Origin: Lophium mytilinum
Lineage: Eukaryota
Direction of reading: 5' to 3'
DNA: 64,000 nucleotides
Assembly: GCA_010093605.1 (NCBI GenBank)
Contig: MU004190.1
Span: 1 to 64,000, forward strand
A program made the position numbers and the translations under genes. The notes beneath the pieces are model-generated. The model was not told the DNA's origin. It did no database searches and saw nothing but the letters and a program-made list of their open reading frames with translations. This document shows, piece after piece, positions 38,367 through 51,145 of this stretch; position 1 is the first letter of the stretch, and each line of letters begins with the position of its first letter.

Positions 38367-39928
38367 TCACATGACGCAACACTGCCGTTGCATGGTACCA
38401 GGCTCCCCCAAATCCCGCCCATTCGCATCCACAACCTCACAACCGCTTCCGCCAGCCTCCTCGACCGTAAGAACAGCCACCTGCCGCCGTATCCGGCCCA
38501 GCCTCCCCTTCAACCACTTCGCCATATCCATCCACCTCGCATCCTCAAAGTCCGTTTGGTAGTCCGCCAGCGTCTGCTCCACTACGACCCTATCCACCGT
38601 ATCCGTAGTCGCCGCCCACAACGCCACGATACACAGCGGCATATACCCCGCAGCCAGCGGCCGATACGGATTCGCCTGCTCCGCCAGCAGCACAATCTCC
38701 ACATGGAACATCGCGGCATCCTCCCCCAACCTCAGATCAAAAGGCTCAAATGCGCGTAGCGCTGCGTTCAGGATCACCGTCAGCGCGAGGATAGTGCCAT
38801 ACAGCGCCTGCGCCTGCGCGTGGTGTTTGCCCGGCATCGTGGTGAGAGTGCTCTGTGCGGCACGGAGCTTGGGTAGGTCGATGAGAATGTCGCGGTACAG
38901 CGTTTGCATGTCGAGAAAGTGGGTCAGGGGGTCGCGCAGGTAGGTTGGGATGCGGGCGAGCTTGTAGAGTGTGATGTTTTCGTTGGGGCGTGGGGGTCCA
39001 TAGGCCATGGTGAGGGTCCATAGGAGAGTTTCCAATTTGATGCGGGGGTTGTCGAAGCTTTCGGCAATCTGGGGGTGGTCAGGGACGATTCTAGTGATGG
39101 GGAGACGCACGGGTACGAGGGTGAGAGGTAGTACCAGGACGACGCAGAGAGAAAGTAGCATTTCTTTCTCAAAGGCCCCGTGCCAGTCTTCGAGGGCGGC
39201 TTCATTTAGGAGGTGGGTGACGGCTTCGCCGTGGCCCATGAACTGATCGTCGCGTTGACCGATCCATCCCTAGGGGGTTTCGTCAGTGATGTGTTTCAAG
39301 GCGTTTTGGGTAGGTCGGAGCTGACTTGGCATATCATTATGAGATAGATGGCACATAGTGTATTTGGTGTCTGGGACTTATCGTGTGTATTTAAGCAGAT
39401 TCTTAATGTCTTGAGCGCCTCAACGTATGCATCGTACAACTCCCACGACTGCCGCCGCGTGTGGATACATTGGTGGGCAATCGTGACAGCTTTCACAGAT
39501 GCATCTAACGCACTGTTCGTACCAAGCCGACTTGGGATACCTTTGAGGAATGCACCGAAGTAGGTTAGGTCAAACCGCAGGTCCGTTACCTCCAACACGG
39601 AGACGAATGCACTGGCTGCCGTCGTCGTTTGGCTGCTACTAGGGCTGCGCGGTATCTCTGCAACCGTAAAGACGGTGTCCTGGACCGTTTTGGGCCGTGT
39701 GGATCCTGGGACGACCATTTGTGCGTGGAATTTGAAACGGCGCTCCCCGGAGCCTATGCAGATGAGTTTGAGGCGTCTGCACCGCGAGCATGCGGGTTTT
39801 ATTTGGTCGCACTATGACGGGATTAGTAGATTGATACGCTAACCAGCATGAGAACTATACGCCGCTTGAACCTTTTTCTTTTGCTTGCGGCACCCATCGC
39901 AGCCGCGGCCAGAGGGAACGCCCGGCAT
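38367..39928 (-). CDS. Zn(II)2Cys6 transcription factor
   Basis: MPGVPSGRGCDGCRKQKKK|CDQIKPACSRCRRLKLIC; downstream IPSRLG...ALDA and RPL...Y.P motifs; several introns. Confidence 0.88.
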
Positions 39929-40680
39929 GTTAAGCGCAGCGTTATACCTAATACAGGATTTTTGTATGCGTTATGAATCAGTGGCGGACTTCGATCCGCA
40001 CGACATTATAACACGTGAGACCCGATGATTTGAGGAGACTTTGATGACATAGAAAAGAAGAGCGACGCCCGGTTTTTGAGTGTCGTGAGAATGGTTGTCG
40101 TGCAATGGGAGTCGGCCCTGCTAAGAATAGAAGTACCCTATAGTACGCCGTAGAGCGCTGCATGATGCCTATTGCGGCATAGTTCGCGACAATCTGCATA
40201 CTGTATTAGTGTTTGTACATCCAGTAGTGGCATGAGTACAGGGCGCAGCAACAACAAAGAATTTCATTTCCTGGAAGCATTCTTGGAAGCATTCTTGGAA
40301 GCTGACACTGCGATATGGAAATGACCAATGAAAGTAAGGCACTGCGCGCTGCACACTTCCTGGAGCGATGTCTATACAGGGGTAGTGGCAAGGCTGTATC
40401 GGTGAAATGCATTCATATGGACGAGACGCCGCGAAAGCAATGAATGGGATGAACCGAGTCAACGTCAAAGAGCCACCGTGATGATCCGGAATTACCGACG
40501 TAGCCGACGTAGAGGTTTCCAAGTTGTATAGTTCTTGGATTACATCATATTCGCTGCCAGACAGTCAGCGTAAGCAATGGAGAAACTTATATACGATGAA
40601 GAAACTCGACTTCGACAAGACCTGTGTCTCCAGATTTCACCTACATTCAGGACTAGACACCTTCAATTACGTTCTCCATC

Positions 40681-41295
40681 ATGACTGGTCTCAAGTCTCG
40701 CCTCTTTTCAAGCATCTCCTCAATTCAACCTCCAAACAATCCTCCCTCCCGCAACTTCTCCGTCCGCACTTCTCCCAAAGACGCAAACGTGACATTCGTC
40801 CATCATGTTGGCGACCCAATCGAAGCACCACCTCTCTATTCCATTGTCACCCTCGAAGGCTTGAAACAGAGCCTCCTCGTCTACCGCGGCATCCCCCACC
40901 CGCACCCCCGGAGCATGATAGGCAACGCAAACTTCCACTCCTTCCCCTCTACCACCGATCTCAATCTACGCGGTGAACCAATTCCCATGAAAATGAACCA
41001 GCTGTCAGGAAATCTCAGTCTTGAACACTACCCGTTTGGAAAGTTAAGGTGGAAGTGGAAGCTGGACAGGTATACCGGAACTGGACTTGAGCTGACTACT
41101 GCATCTGGAAGCAAATTAGCGCAGTTGAAGTCAGCGGGGATCCATCGGCTTAGAGAGAAGAGGCTGGAAGTGCTGGTAGTGTGTGACGAGCGGTTTGTGG
41201 AATTGGTCGTATTGAGCGCAATGGCGGCGAAGACTATAAGTAAGGCGCAGGTAGAGGTAGGCAGTGAGGTTGCAGGGGCGGCTGCTGGGGCGTAG
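40681..41295 (+). CDS. Hypothetical protein (beta-rich fungal family)
   Basis: Intronless 204-aa ATG ORF with LRWKW..., LAQL and ELVVLSAM features; C-rich to G-rich skew as in neighbouring genes. Confidence 0.75.
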   Translation: MTGLKSRLFSSISSIQPPNNPPSRNFSVRTSPKDANVTFVHHVGDPIEAPPLYSIVTLEGLKQSLLVYRGIPHPHPRSMIGNANFHSFPSTTDLNLRGEPIPMKMNQLSGNLSLEHYPFGKLRWKWKLDRYTGTGLELTTASGSKLAQLKSAGIHRLREKRLEVLVVCDERFVELVVLSAMAAKTISKAQVEVGSEVAGAAAGA

Positions 41296-41882
41296 AAGAA
41301 ATAGGGGCTGTGATCTTAGCAGTATATTTATAGGCCTATGTAAGATACCAGGAGTTCGCTAGGGCTTTCGGTTTTAAGGGGCTGAGTCATGATAGCTTTC
41401 CCTTTTACTATTCACTGGGTCTGTAACTCTCTATTGGCAGCTTATATGTATGTTTAGTTGTAATTCAAGATGAAGGAATGCTGGAACGAGATATGAAAAG
41501 AGTGAGAGTAGCTCTTGTCAGGAATTAGGAAACTTCGCTTTTCAATGTTAGTCTAACTAGACCTAGCTGTGAATCTATGATTGCTTTGAATGGATTGAAT
41601 CATGACCTACAAAGAGCCCGCCCGATCCGAAAAGTCTGAACTGAGCATCCAACGTGCATCGTGTAGGTTGACGGTTCGTGGAGGTAGGGAACAGTGAAGG
41701 GGGTCACTTGGTTCAAAGCCGCGGCTAAACCCCATCGGGACAGCCATCATTCCGGATTCCGCTCAAGACCTCCGACTTCAAAGACACAGTCCACATCATA
41801 TTCACGAATGTAAAACAAAATCCATCATACACGCATTTCCTTCCAACATATTCAATCAACATTGAGCCTCCAAGTACTAACC

Positions 41883-43229
41883 ATGTCCACCCTGAAATAC
41901 GCCCACCTCTCCGAAGTCAACCCAGACTTCGCACCTCTAATCCCCGGCGTCAATGAGGCTTTTAAGAAAATATGGACTTACAAGACTATGGATGAGTTTC
42001 GTGGCAATTGGGGCGGTACTCGGGCCTCGTATTCGGCGTGTGTGCCTGTGGATGGCTTTGTCATTACGCACCAGATGATCCCGACACGTGACGGGACGGA
42101 AGTTGAATTGAGAACTTGGCGGCCGGAAAGCAAGATAGATGAGGTATTGCCGCTCCTGTTTGTGTGCCACGGAGGAGGTGATTACCCTGCGCTGCGGAAA
42201 TGGTAATAGCGTCTAATAGAGCTGGTAGGCTTTGTGGTCGGCGGGCATGATTCAGAGAACGCCATGGCTAGAACTGTCTGCGTGAGAAACAGAATGGCGG
42301 CCATCAGTGTTGATTTTCGAAGGTCAGTTTGCTATGTATATACTATCCAAGTGGTGGCTGATGATTGATAGGGCACCAGAGCATAAGTTTCCAACCGCTT
42401 TCAATGATTGCTACGACGCGTACCAATGGGTGAGCCATTACAAGACCTAAATGTTCACTTCACTGATTGGCCTCTAGATCATGAAGAACGCGGTAGAGCT
42501 CAAAATCAACCCCAAAAAGGTGATACTGGGCGGAAGCAGTGCTGGCGCAAGTATAGTAAGTCATTCCACCTCACTCCATATACCAGGCTCCGTAACTGGA
42601 TAGGCTGCAAGCATTGCCATCAAGCTCCGCGAGGAGGAAAGTCTCGACGGTATCATTGGACAACTTCTGAATATACCCGTGGCCTGCCATCCAAAACAGT
42701 TCCCGCAGGATAAGTACGAGCTCAACAGCTACGTTCAGAATGCAGAGGCGCCTACTATCAACGGGAACATGATGCGCTGGTTTTGGGGTACTGCATTTCT
42801 CCATACTCATTCATTTGCTGGATATGGCTAACGGCTGCGCCCAAGATCAATACTATCCCGAAGGCGGACCTGACGTACGGGCAAGTCCACTGCTCGCGTT
42901 AAGCCATGCTGCATTGCCTCCTGCTCGTATGTTTTCCTCATATACCCTCAACACAAGATCGCTGTACTGATGGAAGTAGTTATCCAAGTAGGAGGTATGG
43001 ATCCGCTCCGAGACGAGGGACTAGCTTACGCTGAAGCACTGAAAAATGACGAGTAAGCTTAAGCTAGTAGATATCTTGAGTCACATAAACTGACAACATA
43101 GAAAGTGTCGATACTACAGTGAAAATATATCCTGGGCTCCCGCATGGTTTTGTTCTAGCTAAAGACATGGACTTCGTCACGAAGTACTATCAGGCTCAGG
43201 TAGATTGGGTCGAACAGCGGCTTTCATAG
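41883..43229 (+). CDS. Alpha/beta hydrolase, HSL/GDXG esterase family
   Basis: HGGG|F oxyanion motif, VDFR|APEH.FP, GSSAG nucleophile, DPLRDEG acid and PHGF His; about 8 short introns. Confidence 0.92.
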
Positions 43230-43382
43230 AGAGCTCCATCTAAAGATGACAGGTATATATACTAGAGCAGTCGATGACATGTATAAGTGCAATGATTGGA
43301 GGTATGAACAGCTTCCATAAGCTGTCTTCTCTTGATGCTTCAATCACGCGACACTCTCGCTTTTAGTGCTATTTGCCATCAT

Positions 43383-44987
43383 TTACAACTTCGCCTTGCC
43401 AGCGTCAAAATCAGGGAGCTCGGTCATGATCAGGCTGTCTAGTTCCCTGGTATTGACCATATGCGGACGTAGTTGACTTAGATCTGTAACACCTAGCAGT
43501 CGCATTGTCGTTTCCAACTCGTCGCTTATCACTGCTGCTTATTAGCGAAGGGAAAAACACACGTGGCAAGAAACCTACTCTGAATAGCCTTCAGTACGCC
43601 CTCAGTCCCATACGCGCTCAGCGCATACATGAACGGCCTGCCAAACCCAACAGCTGTAGCGCCAAGGCACAAGGCCTTCAGAACGTCACTACCTCTCCTA
43701 CATCCACCATCGACAAAGACCTGGCAGCGATCGAACACCTCTGGGCAGAACTTGCGAATCTCTAGCAAGGTTCGCAGAGAACTCGACACTGAGTCAAGCT
43801 GCCGTCCACCATGATTGCTAAGATAGATATTCTCAAAACCTAGATCGGACGCCATCTTTGCATCCTCAGCAGTGGCGATACCCTTCAGACAAATCGGCCC
43901 CGCATTGCCCCAATCATCTTTCATCCATGCCAGGTCATCCCAATTGAGAGTCGAGGAGAACGGGCCGCGAAGGACGAAGTCCTCCCCTGGCGCGACATTG
44001 TCCCCTAAACGCGCAAACGTAGATTCACCAGCAGCAAGAGCCTCTTCAGCTTTGTGTCTATCATCATCCTCGCGTTTACCAACTACGGGGGTGTCGACTG
44101 TGATGAGGAGTGCTTTGAACCCCAATGAACGCGCGCGGCGGATCAAAGCTCTAGTCTCCGATTCTTTCTTCTTGACATACAGCTGGAACCACAGACATCC
44201 ACCCGCTGCTTGCTCTTGCATACATGCTGCAAGATCTTCAGCGGAGACGGAAGACGCGGTGCTGACGCCGTAGGGTATGTTGAAGCGAGATGCTCCGCGC
44301 GCCAGGCAAAGCTCGCCGTCCGCGTGGCCGAGGCGGGCGAGAGCGGCTGGAGCAATGAAAAAGGGGAGATTACTTTGATGGCCAAGGAGGTTGCACTTCA
44401 TGCTGACGGTCTTGACGTTGCGGAGCACACGTGGGCGAAAGGTGATACGATTCCAGTCTGAAAGATTTCCATGGTGGGAGAGGAGGTCGTCGGACGCGGA
44501 GGAGTAGTATGTCCAGCCGCGTTTGGAGAGTACTTTCTTTGCGGCTTTTTCGAGATCGTGAAGATTGAGGCACAGTGCAATTGGAATTGTGTCCGTCGGC
44601 GAAGGTTTATTTTTTGGGGCGGCGTTAGTCTGTACGGTGGCGGAATTTAGGGTTGCTGGATCTATTGTGCCCAAATGCTTCTCTGGACATAGTCAGTTGA
44701 GTTATCCAGAACGCGTAATTGGAGATTCGAACCTTTGGGTAATTCATTCTCGATAGTGCCTGGGGGATGTACAGGCAAATACTCCTCGGTGGCATCCTAT
44801 AACCAATCAGCGCCATTTAAGTCAAGAGAGGAAGGAAGTCGATTACTTTCCCGCCATACCGCAGTATTATTGAAGGACCACCAGGATGCTCGTCTAAAAA
44901 GTCTGTAACATCATATACTTGTCCTTCAATAATGACCCAACATGATTCGCGAGTATCATGTTTGGCGACTTCTGAAGCATTCAACAT
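43383..44987 (-). CDS. Flavocytochrome b2-like 2-hydroxy-acid dehydrogenase with PTS1 (AKL)
   Basis: Cytochrome b5 domain ([22 protein letters not shown]) plus FMN domain ([22 protein letters not shown]); the last exon ends GKAKL*. Confidence 0.93.
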
Positions 44988-45479
44988 TGCACCTCAGAAC
45001 ATTCGAAATTCCAATAGCATGGATGAATGGGTAGGCAACAAGCACGTGTTTGGTCTGCTATGTATGCGGATCATGCGGCATTGCGTGGCCGCGGAGGTCT
45101 GGAAGGAATTTCTGGGCACAGCGGGTGTCGGCAGCGCCGGGGGGATGGACTGGGGTAGGGCTGAACCTCTCCGCGGGTATGATGCCGGTCTGGATGTTTC
45201 TCTAAGATTTCGAGCGTTGGAAGAGCAAAGATTGGGCTGTTCAAGGCGAATTACCTCACCTGAGAGCTGCGGAATTGCTCGGTTCTGCGGCCGGAACTCA
45301 AAACGGTGCAAGTGGCGAGCAAAGGAGGGGCAGCAGGATGCCAACCGAAACTCAGAGAAATAACATAAAAGATGGCATTGGAAAGATAGTAGACAAAGCA
45401 AGCAAGCAATAAGTTATTCCGCAATACCTTCACATTCCATACCTTCCTTCGAAAACTTACACCTTCATCAGCCTTCATC

Positions 45480-46433
45480 ATGCCTAGCGCCACATATTTC
45501 ACCATCAAGCCTATGCACCCAACCTTCGCATGCGAAGTTGAGGGCCTAGATCTATCCAAGCCACTCTCCGACGATGCATTTGCTGAACTGCAAGACACAC
45601 TTCACAAGTACGGCGTAGTAGTTATACGGGGCGCAAATTTCCCAAGCGATAAAGAGCACATCGAGTTCTCCGCCCGATTTGGCGAAGTTGAGAAGAGCAA
45701 ATACCGCAACCCGCACATGCGATCTCTACCATATCCAGAAATCTTTGATATCTCGAATCTAGACGAGAAAAACCAAGTGGTCACCAACAGCAACGAGAAG
45801 CGAACCACTGCAATCAGAGGCAACGCTTTATGGCATGCGGACGGCTCATTCAATCCTCGTCGGACGTATGTTTCGTGTCTGAACTCAATCGAGCTTCCAC
45901 CACCAAATACCGGAGGGCATACTGAGTATGCAGATGCTCGCCAGGCTTATGAAGACCTACCTGAGGAGACAAAGGAGAAGATCAAAGACTTGGTTGGCGT
46001 CCACTCGTTCCTCCACAACCGCAAAACCGCCAACCCTGACTCTCCCCTTTTCAAAGATCTAAATGTCATGGACGAGCCCCTCGCTCGACACAAACTCGTC
46101 CCCATTCATGAGCCTACCGGCCGGCCAGTCTTGTATGCCACCGCCTACACCCACCACATCGAAGGCATGCCCATCGAGGAAGGCCAAAAGCTCATCCAAG
46201 AGCTCATCGCACACGCCACACAACCGAAATACGTCTTCAAGCATCACTGGGCTACCAATGGTGACGTCGCCATCTGGGATAACACCGCTGTGCTGCATCG
46301 CGCCACCGCCGGCGGCGCGTACGAGGGCAAGTACAGGCGAGACATGCGGAGGACGTGTGTTATGGATTCAGGTAAAGACGCCTTTGGCTTGAACAATCCT
46401 GAAGACGCAAAAGGGCAGAGAAACTCAAGCTAG
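45480..46433 (+). CDS. Fe(II)/2-oxoglutarate dioxygenase, TauD/TfdA family
   Basis: WHADGSF (HxD), GGHTEYAD, WDNTAVLH and RRDMRRT; intronless 317 aa. Confidence 0.93.
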   Translation: MPSATYFTIKPMHPTFACEVEGLDLSKPLSDDAFAELQDTLHKYGVVVIRGANFPSDKEHIEFSARFGEVEKSKYRNPHMRSLPYPEIFDISNLDEKNQVVTNSNEKRTTAIRGNALWHADGSFNPRRTYVSCLNSIELPPPNTGGHTEYADARQAYEDLPEETKEKIKDLVGVHSFLHNRKTANPDSPLFKDLNVMDEPLARHKLVPIHEPTGRPVLYATAYTHHIEGMPIEEGQKLIQELIAHATQPKYVFKHHWATNGDVAIWDNTAVLHRATAGGAYEGKYRRDMRRTCVMDSGKDAFGLNNPEDAKGQRNSS

Positions 46434-47124
46434 ACGTAGATCGAGCGCGCGGGCCGAGAGAAGAATGGGTTTGGGAACCGTATGATTACGATGCAGAGGA
46501 GGAAGAAGGCTATTCCGAAGATGAAGAAGGGGAGGAATACGAAGATTCCGAGTATGATGACGATAGAGAAGATCCCGTTATTGACGGAGATGCTGGAAGG
46601 AATGAAAAGAAGGGCGGGGTCAGTATGTTGAACTGGAATCAACCGATTAGCCCGATGATGCATTTCGGGATGCCGTTTAGGGGTTTGAGTGGTTTTGACC
46701 AAGCATTCTTTAGCCTATTGGATTGACTATTGTATTTTATGTCACGACCGAACTTTTTATGCCATCATACTCGTAAGTTCATGTCATGGACATGTTTCAT
46801 AACAGTTCTGAACATTCGTTCGATTATAGTGGCATTGAGAAATGATGTAGTAACATTTCAGACCGCAAAGCGAATAAAAATGGGGCTTCGTATTTCCAAT
46901 CTACTCGCGACATTTGAAGACATGGGAATGAGATGAGGTAGCATGTGCTCGTTAACTAGTCTCCCTGAACAGGTACTTCCTCAAGTGAACCGTGAGCTGT
47001 GAGGGCATATAGCTAATTTGCATTTGATATTGTGTCTGGTCCACTCGGTGAATGGAAATGCAGTGCACCTGCCGAGTTGTGCTCAACAGTTTGCATGCTC
47101 ATTGGTTTGGTTAAATCGTTTTAC

Positions 47125-48264
47125 CTAAAATACAGCAACGATGTTCGGAGGACTAGCACATCCATTCGGAACGTTCAGAGGAACACTGGCGAGAAAAAAG
47201 GAGTATCGCTTTTGTTTCGCACACTCCTCACTCAGCCGTTCAAGATTGAAAATCTCCCCTATGCCAACTATTAGTTTCTCGCTCCAGACTTTCGTGTCGA
47301 AAGCTGACTCACCTATTGGCATACCCCATCCTCCAAGCAAGATCTCATGCAAATGATACTTGCCTAACCCATCCGCATCACTGGGCCAAGGAATCTGCTC
47401 GAACCCTCCCGCATCACCAGCAACAGCGCTGAACCCAGTCTCCCATAGCCAGCGGACGGTATCTGCGCAAGTTTTTACACCTGCCCATTTGGTTGGTGAC
47501 ATATCGCACCAAGCGTTTTTGTCATCCTCGGAAAGAGCCTCGTAAACAGCCGCCCATCCACATCGGACGAATAAGATGTCTCCTTGTTTAAGCTCGGTTC
47601 CTTGTGCTGCGGCACAAGCCTTCAGTTCTTCTACTGTGATGGCGTGCGTAGAGAGGACTTCGTAAGGTTTGCCTTGCTGCTGTCTCCAAGCGTAATAATC
47701 GAGAAGCACCCCTCGACCAACGATGCCCTGAGAACACCATGCTAATTTCATCAGCCCGGGGTCATTTAGTGAGGTCCCGATCATGGGGAGCATATACCGT
47801 CGATTCCAACAGCTCCTTTGGCTTCCGAACCTGATATTTGAGGCTGCGTCTTCCCGTTATACCAAAGCATCTCTTTCTGGTACCCGTAATGCGCAAAGCC
47901 ATCCCACTGGGAAGAAATCTAGTGGCAATCAGCCTTCAAAACCCTTGATATCAATCTTGCTAAGGGTTCTCGCCTGCGTGTTGAAGGCCACTTCATCGTC
48001 ATGCACTGCACGAGGCTGCTTCCAGATGATCTTATGCTCGAACTCTTTCCGATTGTGCGTCGGATGTGCTAGATAATTCACTGGGAAGTCTAATCCAACC
48101 CTCATGCCAGTTCTGATCTCTTTTGCGGCCTCTATGACTACCTCCGGGGTGAGGAGATTCAGAGTACCCAGGTTGTCGTCTTTCCCGTAGAGCCCCCATG
48201 CAGAGAATGGCGGATCACCCTTGTTGAGAGGGAGGTCCTCGAATCTGGGGCGTGCTGGAGGCAT
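47125..48264 (-). CDS. Cyclase-family (kynurenine formamidase-like) metal hydrolase
   Basis: AWGLYG.DD.LGTLNLLT, NTQ|ISSQWDGFAH, GIVGRGVLLDY, GDILFVR, AVAGD and LH..LL.GWGMPIGE; three introns, the first GC-AG. Confidence 0.92.
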
Positions 48265-49007
48265 TATAAAATTTTGGTTCGGGAAAGCGAATTGGCAATG
48301 AGTATTTCCAGACGCGTTATGTACAGTCGTGACAACGCGTGTGCGGGGTGATAGAGGGGCGACTGGATCTATATATCTCCTGTACGAAGATCCTCCGGGG
48401 TAAACTTAGCCAGCTTCCAATATTCTAGGATTTCGTGATCCCAACCTTTGCATGTATTAAACCCACAGATCTACGTTCAATGCCGCTCTACCCTTTCTCT
48501 CAAAATCTAGCAGGATAACCCCACAACGTCACACCTATCCATCCCCGCGCGGTCCCGCTTGCTCCCGCTTACTCCAGTTAGTGGCGCTTGCTTTTGTCGG
48601 GGAGCATATGCGGGGTCTGGAATGTGGCTGGTTAACGATCGCCTCCCCCACAAACCATCCCCTTACTGTGCCGGAACTGACTGGAACTCGGATTTCGGCC
48701 CCAACCGCCTCGCGCCATTGGACGAAACACATTGCACATTGCTCGCTGGGACCGCGAGTCAATCCGCAAGCGCATCGGGACTACGGTAAATGGAGCAGCA
48801 CAACATGGAAATGTGTGATGAGGCTGTCAGCAACTAACGGCAGGCTGGAGAGGTAGTCGAAGGTCATCTAGGCCTTGCGGGATATGTTTACTGCGTACTG
48901 ACCGCTGTTGTACCTCGCTGTCTCAACTTTTGACCCCCCACTCTCGAATCCACGAAGCACAGGAAGAATCAAAAGAAGAGAGGCCTCGACTTTGAGATTT
49001 CCCCAAA

Positions 49008-50706
49008 ATGGCCACTGATCCCGTGCGTCCCAGCTCGAATACGCGAAAGGCGAAAACACAAAGCTCGCCAGATATGCGCGTTCCAAGGCGGAAGTTTGCG
49101 AATAAGAGAGCTCCACTCGCGTGTCAGTTCTGTAGAAAGAGAAAAGTGCGGTGCGATGCTGCAGTCCATGGTCAGCCGTGCTCGAATTGCAGGCATGATG
49201 GCTACACGTGCGAGATGTCGACCAAGAAGGAGAAACCGTAAGTTGAGTGCGTCGTCTTCAGAAAATCCACAGCTGATTGAATACTGAACGTAGAGCGAAT
49301 AAGCACAGAAAAGGCTCAGACTCCGAATCCTCTAGCGAAGGCTTCGACATCTCGAGCGCCGTGCTTGAACTCGACTGGGCGACTTTCACACTCGAAACGC
49401 AATCTAAAGCTGCAAAGCAGCAGCAAGAGCATGATAATGGAATGATACAGAGCCCACAATCCACAAACGGATTGACCCATAGCCCTCGATCATCAGACCC
49501 CCGAACATCACGACCAGAGTTCCAAAACGGACTTCCGGCAAGGCAGCTCCACACATCCACGAGCCACTTCTCCTACTGCCCCAGCGAAGTCTCCTCCTCC
49601 GCCGCGAACTTCGACGGGGCAATCGTCATCCCCGAGTCCGATTACGAGCGGGACACCGACTATGGCACTACCTCCTCTGCATCTACCACCTCGATGCCTC
49701 CGCCGATTAACCCATCCCATAACTTGACATTTGACCTCCCGCCATATATCCGCCCGCTTTCCCCTGATCTCGGCCCGGACGAAATCTCCTATCTCCGCAA
49801 GAAAGGAGCGCTGACGGTGCCCGAGAAATGGCTGAGGGAGAAGCTGATGCAGTGCTACATGGAATGCGTGCACTGGCACGTGCCAGCCGTCTCCTTACCG
49901 AAAGTTGTAGAGACGATCCAACGCGGCGACGGCATGACGGGGAAGATCAGCTTGATGCTTCTGCAGGCGATCATGTTTACGGGGGTGGGATTTGTGCAGG
50001 AAGAGCATTTAGAGGCGGCTGGATTCACGAGTCGGGCGCACGCGCAACGGGTTCTATTCAACAGAGTCAAGGTAAGCTGTGCCGTTCTAAGAGTATCGTG
50101 GCTAGATATTTTTAACGTTTCTTGCCATAGTTGCTTTACGACCTCGACTGCGAAACCGATCGCATAACCGTCATTCAGTCCCTGCTTCTCATGGCCTTCG
50201 GCTGCAGTGGTAGCCTCGAAGAGCATGAGAAAGACACTTGGCACTGGCTCGGCATCTCTACGTCTCTCTGCTACGGCTCGCGCCTGAACAGGTACCCTGG
50301 GAGCGGCTTCGTAGCACCCGAGAAGCAGAAGCTTTGGAAGCGCGTGTGGTGGTCCTGCTACGTGTTAGATCAGATGACGGCGTTACGGTTACACTGCCGG
50401 CCACGGATTCATAGGCAGGACTTCAATGTACCGATGCTGACGCTGGAGGACTTTGAGGTCGAGGGGCTGAAGGGGACGATGGGTGGGAATATGAAACAGT
50501 GCGCAGTGATGTATGTTGAGAAGGTCTATCTGTGCTTGCATATTGGGTGGCCGGAGCCTGAGAGGCCGGAGAAGGGGAAGAGGAACGCAGTGGAGCAGGA
50601 AGATGGAGAGATGTTCGCGGATATGGATATGTTTACTGATTTGGTGGACATTCCTGGAGAAAGCGCGGATTGGCAGCAGGGGTTGGAATGGGTGGGACTG
50701 ACTTGA
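49008..50706 (+). CDS. Zn(II)2Cys6 transcription factor with fungal-specific TF domain
   Basis: ACQFCRKRKVRCD....PCSNC......C; YLRKKGAL, LYDLD.E.D, IQSLLLM and WKRVWWSCY; two introns. Confidence 0.9.
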
Positions 50707-51145
50707 CTAGGACGCTGGAAAGGCAAATGGAGTATGGAATGATTTTAGGGGGGATAGCTTTGGATATACCCACGAAGATATATGTCAATACGTTACGAAG
50801 AACCAGATTTTAGACGGTCACGCTTCCTTATCCTGAACTCATGAAAAAAGCTCCAACGTCCTTGCGTCTTATTGCACTTAAGTCTTGTCCCTAATTGCAC
50901 CTGGAGCCACCTAGACAAACTTAAGTTATGCTCTAGTATCCCATTAGTTGGTGATCGGGGAGTTCTCACAGGTGGGCCAATTTCTCGCAAGCCATTCATT
51001 CTCACGAAAGGAGCTGGTACATCCTGAAAGGAAGAAACCTCACAAGTGATAACATATGTTTTTGCAAGTACTGTAGCAGCACTAGATTACATTCCGACCA
51101 CAACATAGGACATAATTACTAATTACGTTCAATTCAAGTTTCCAA

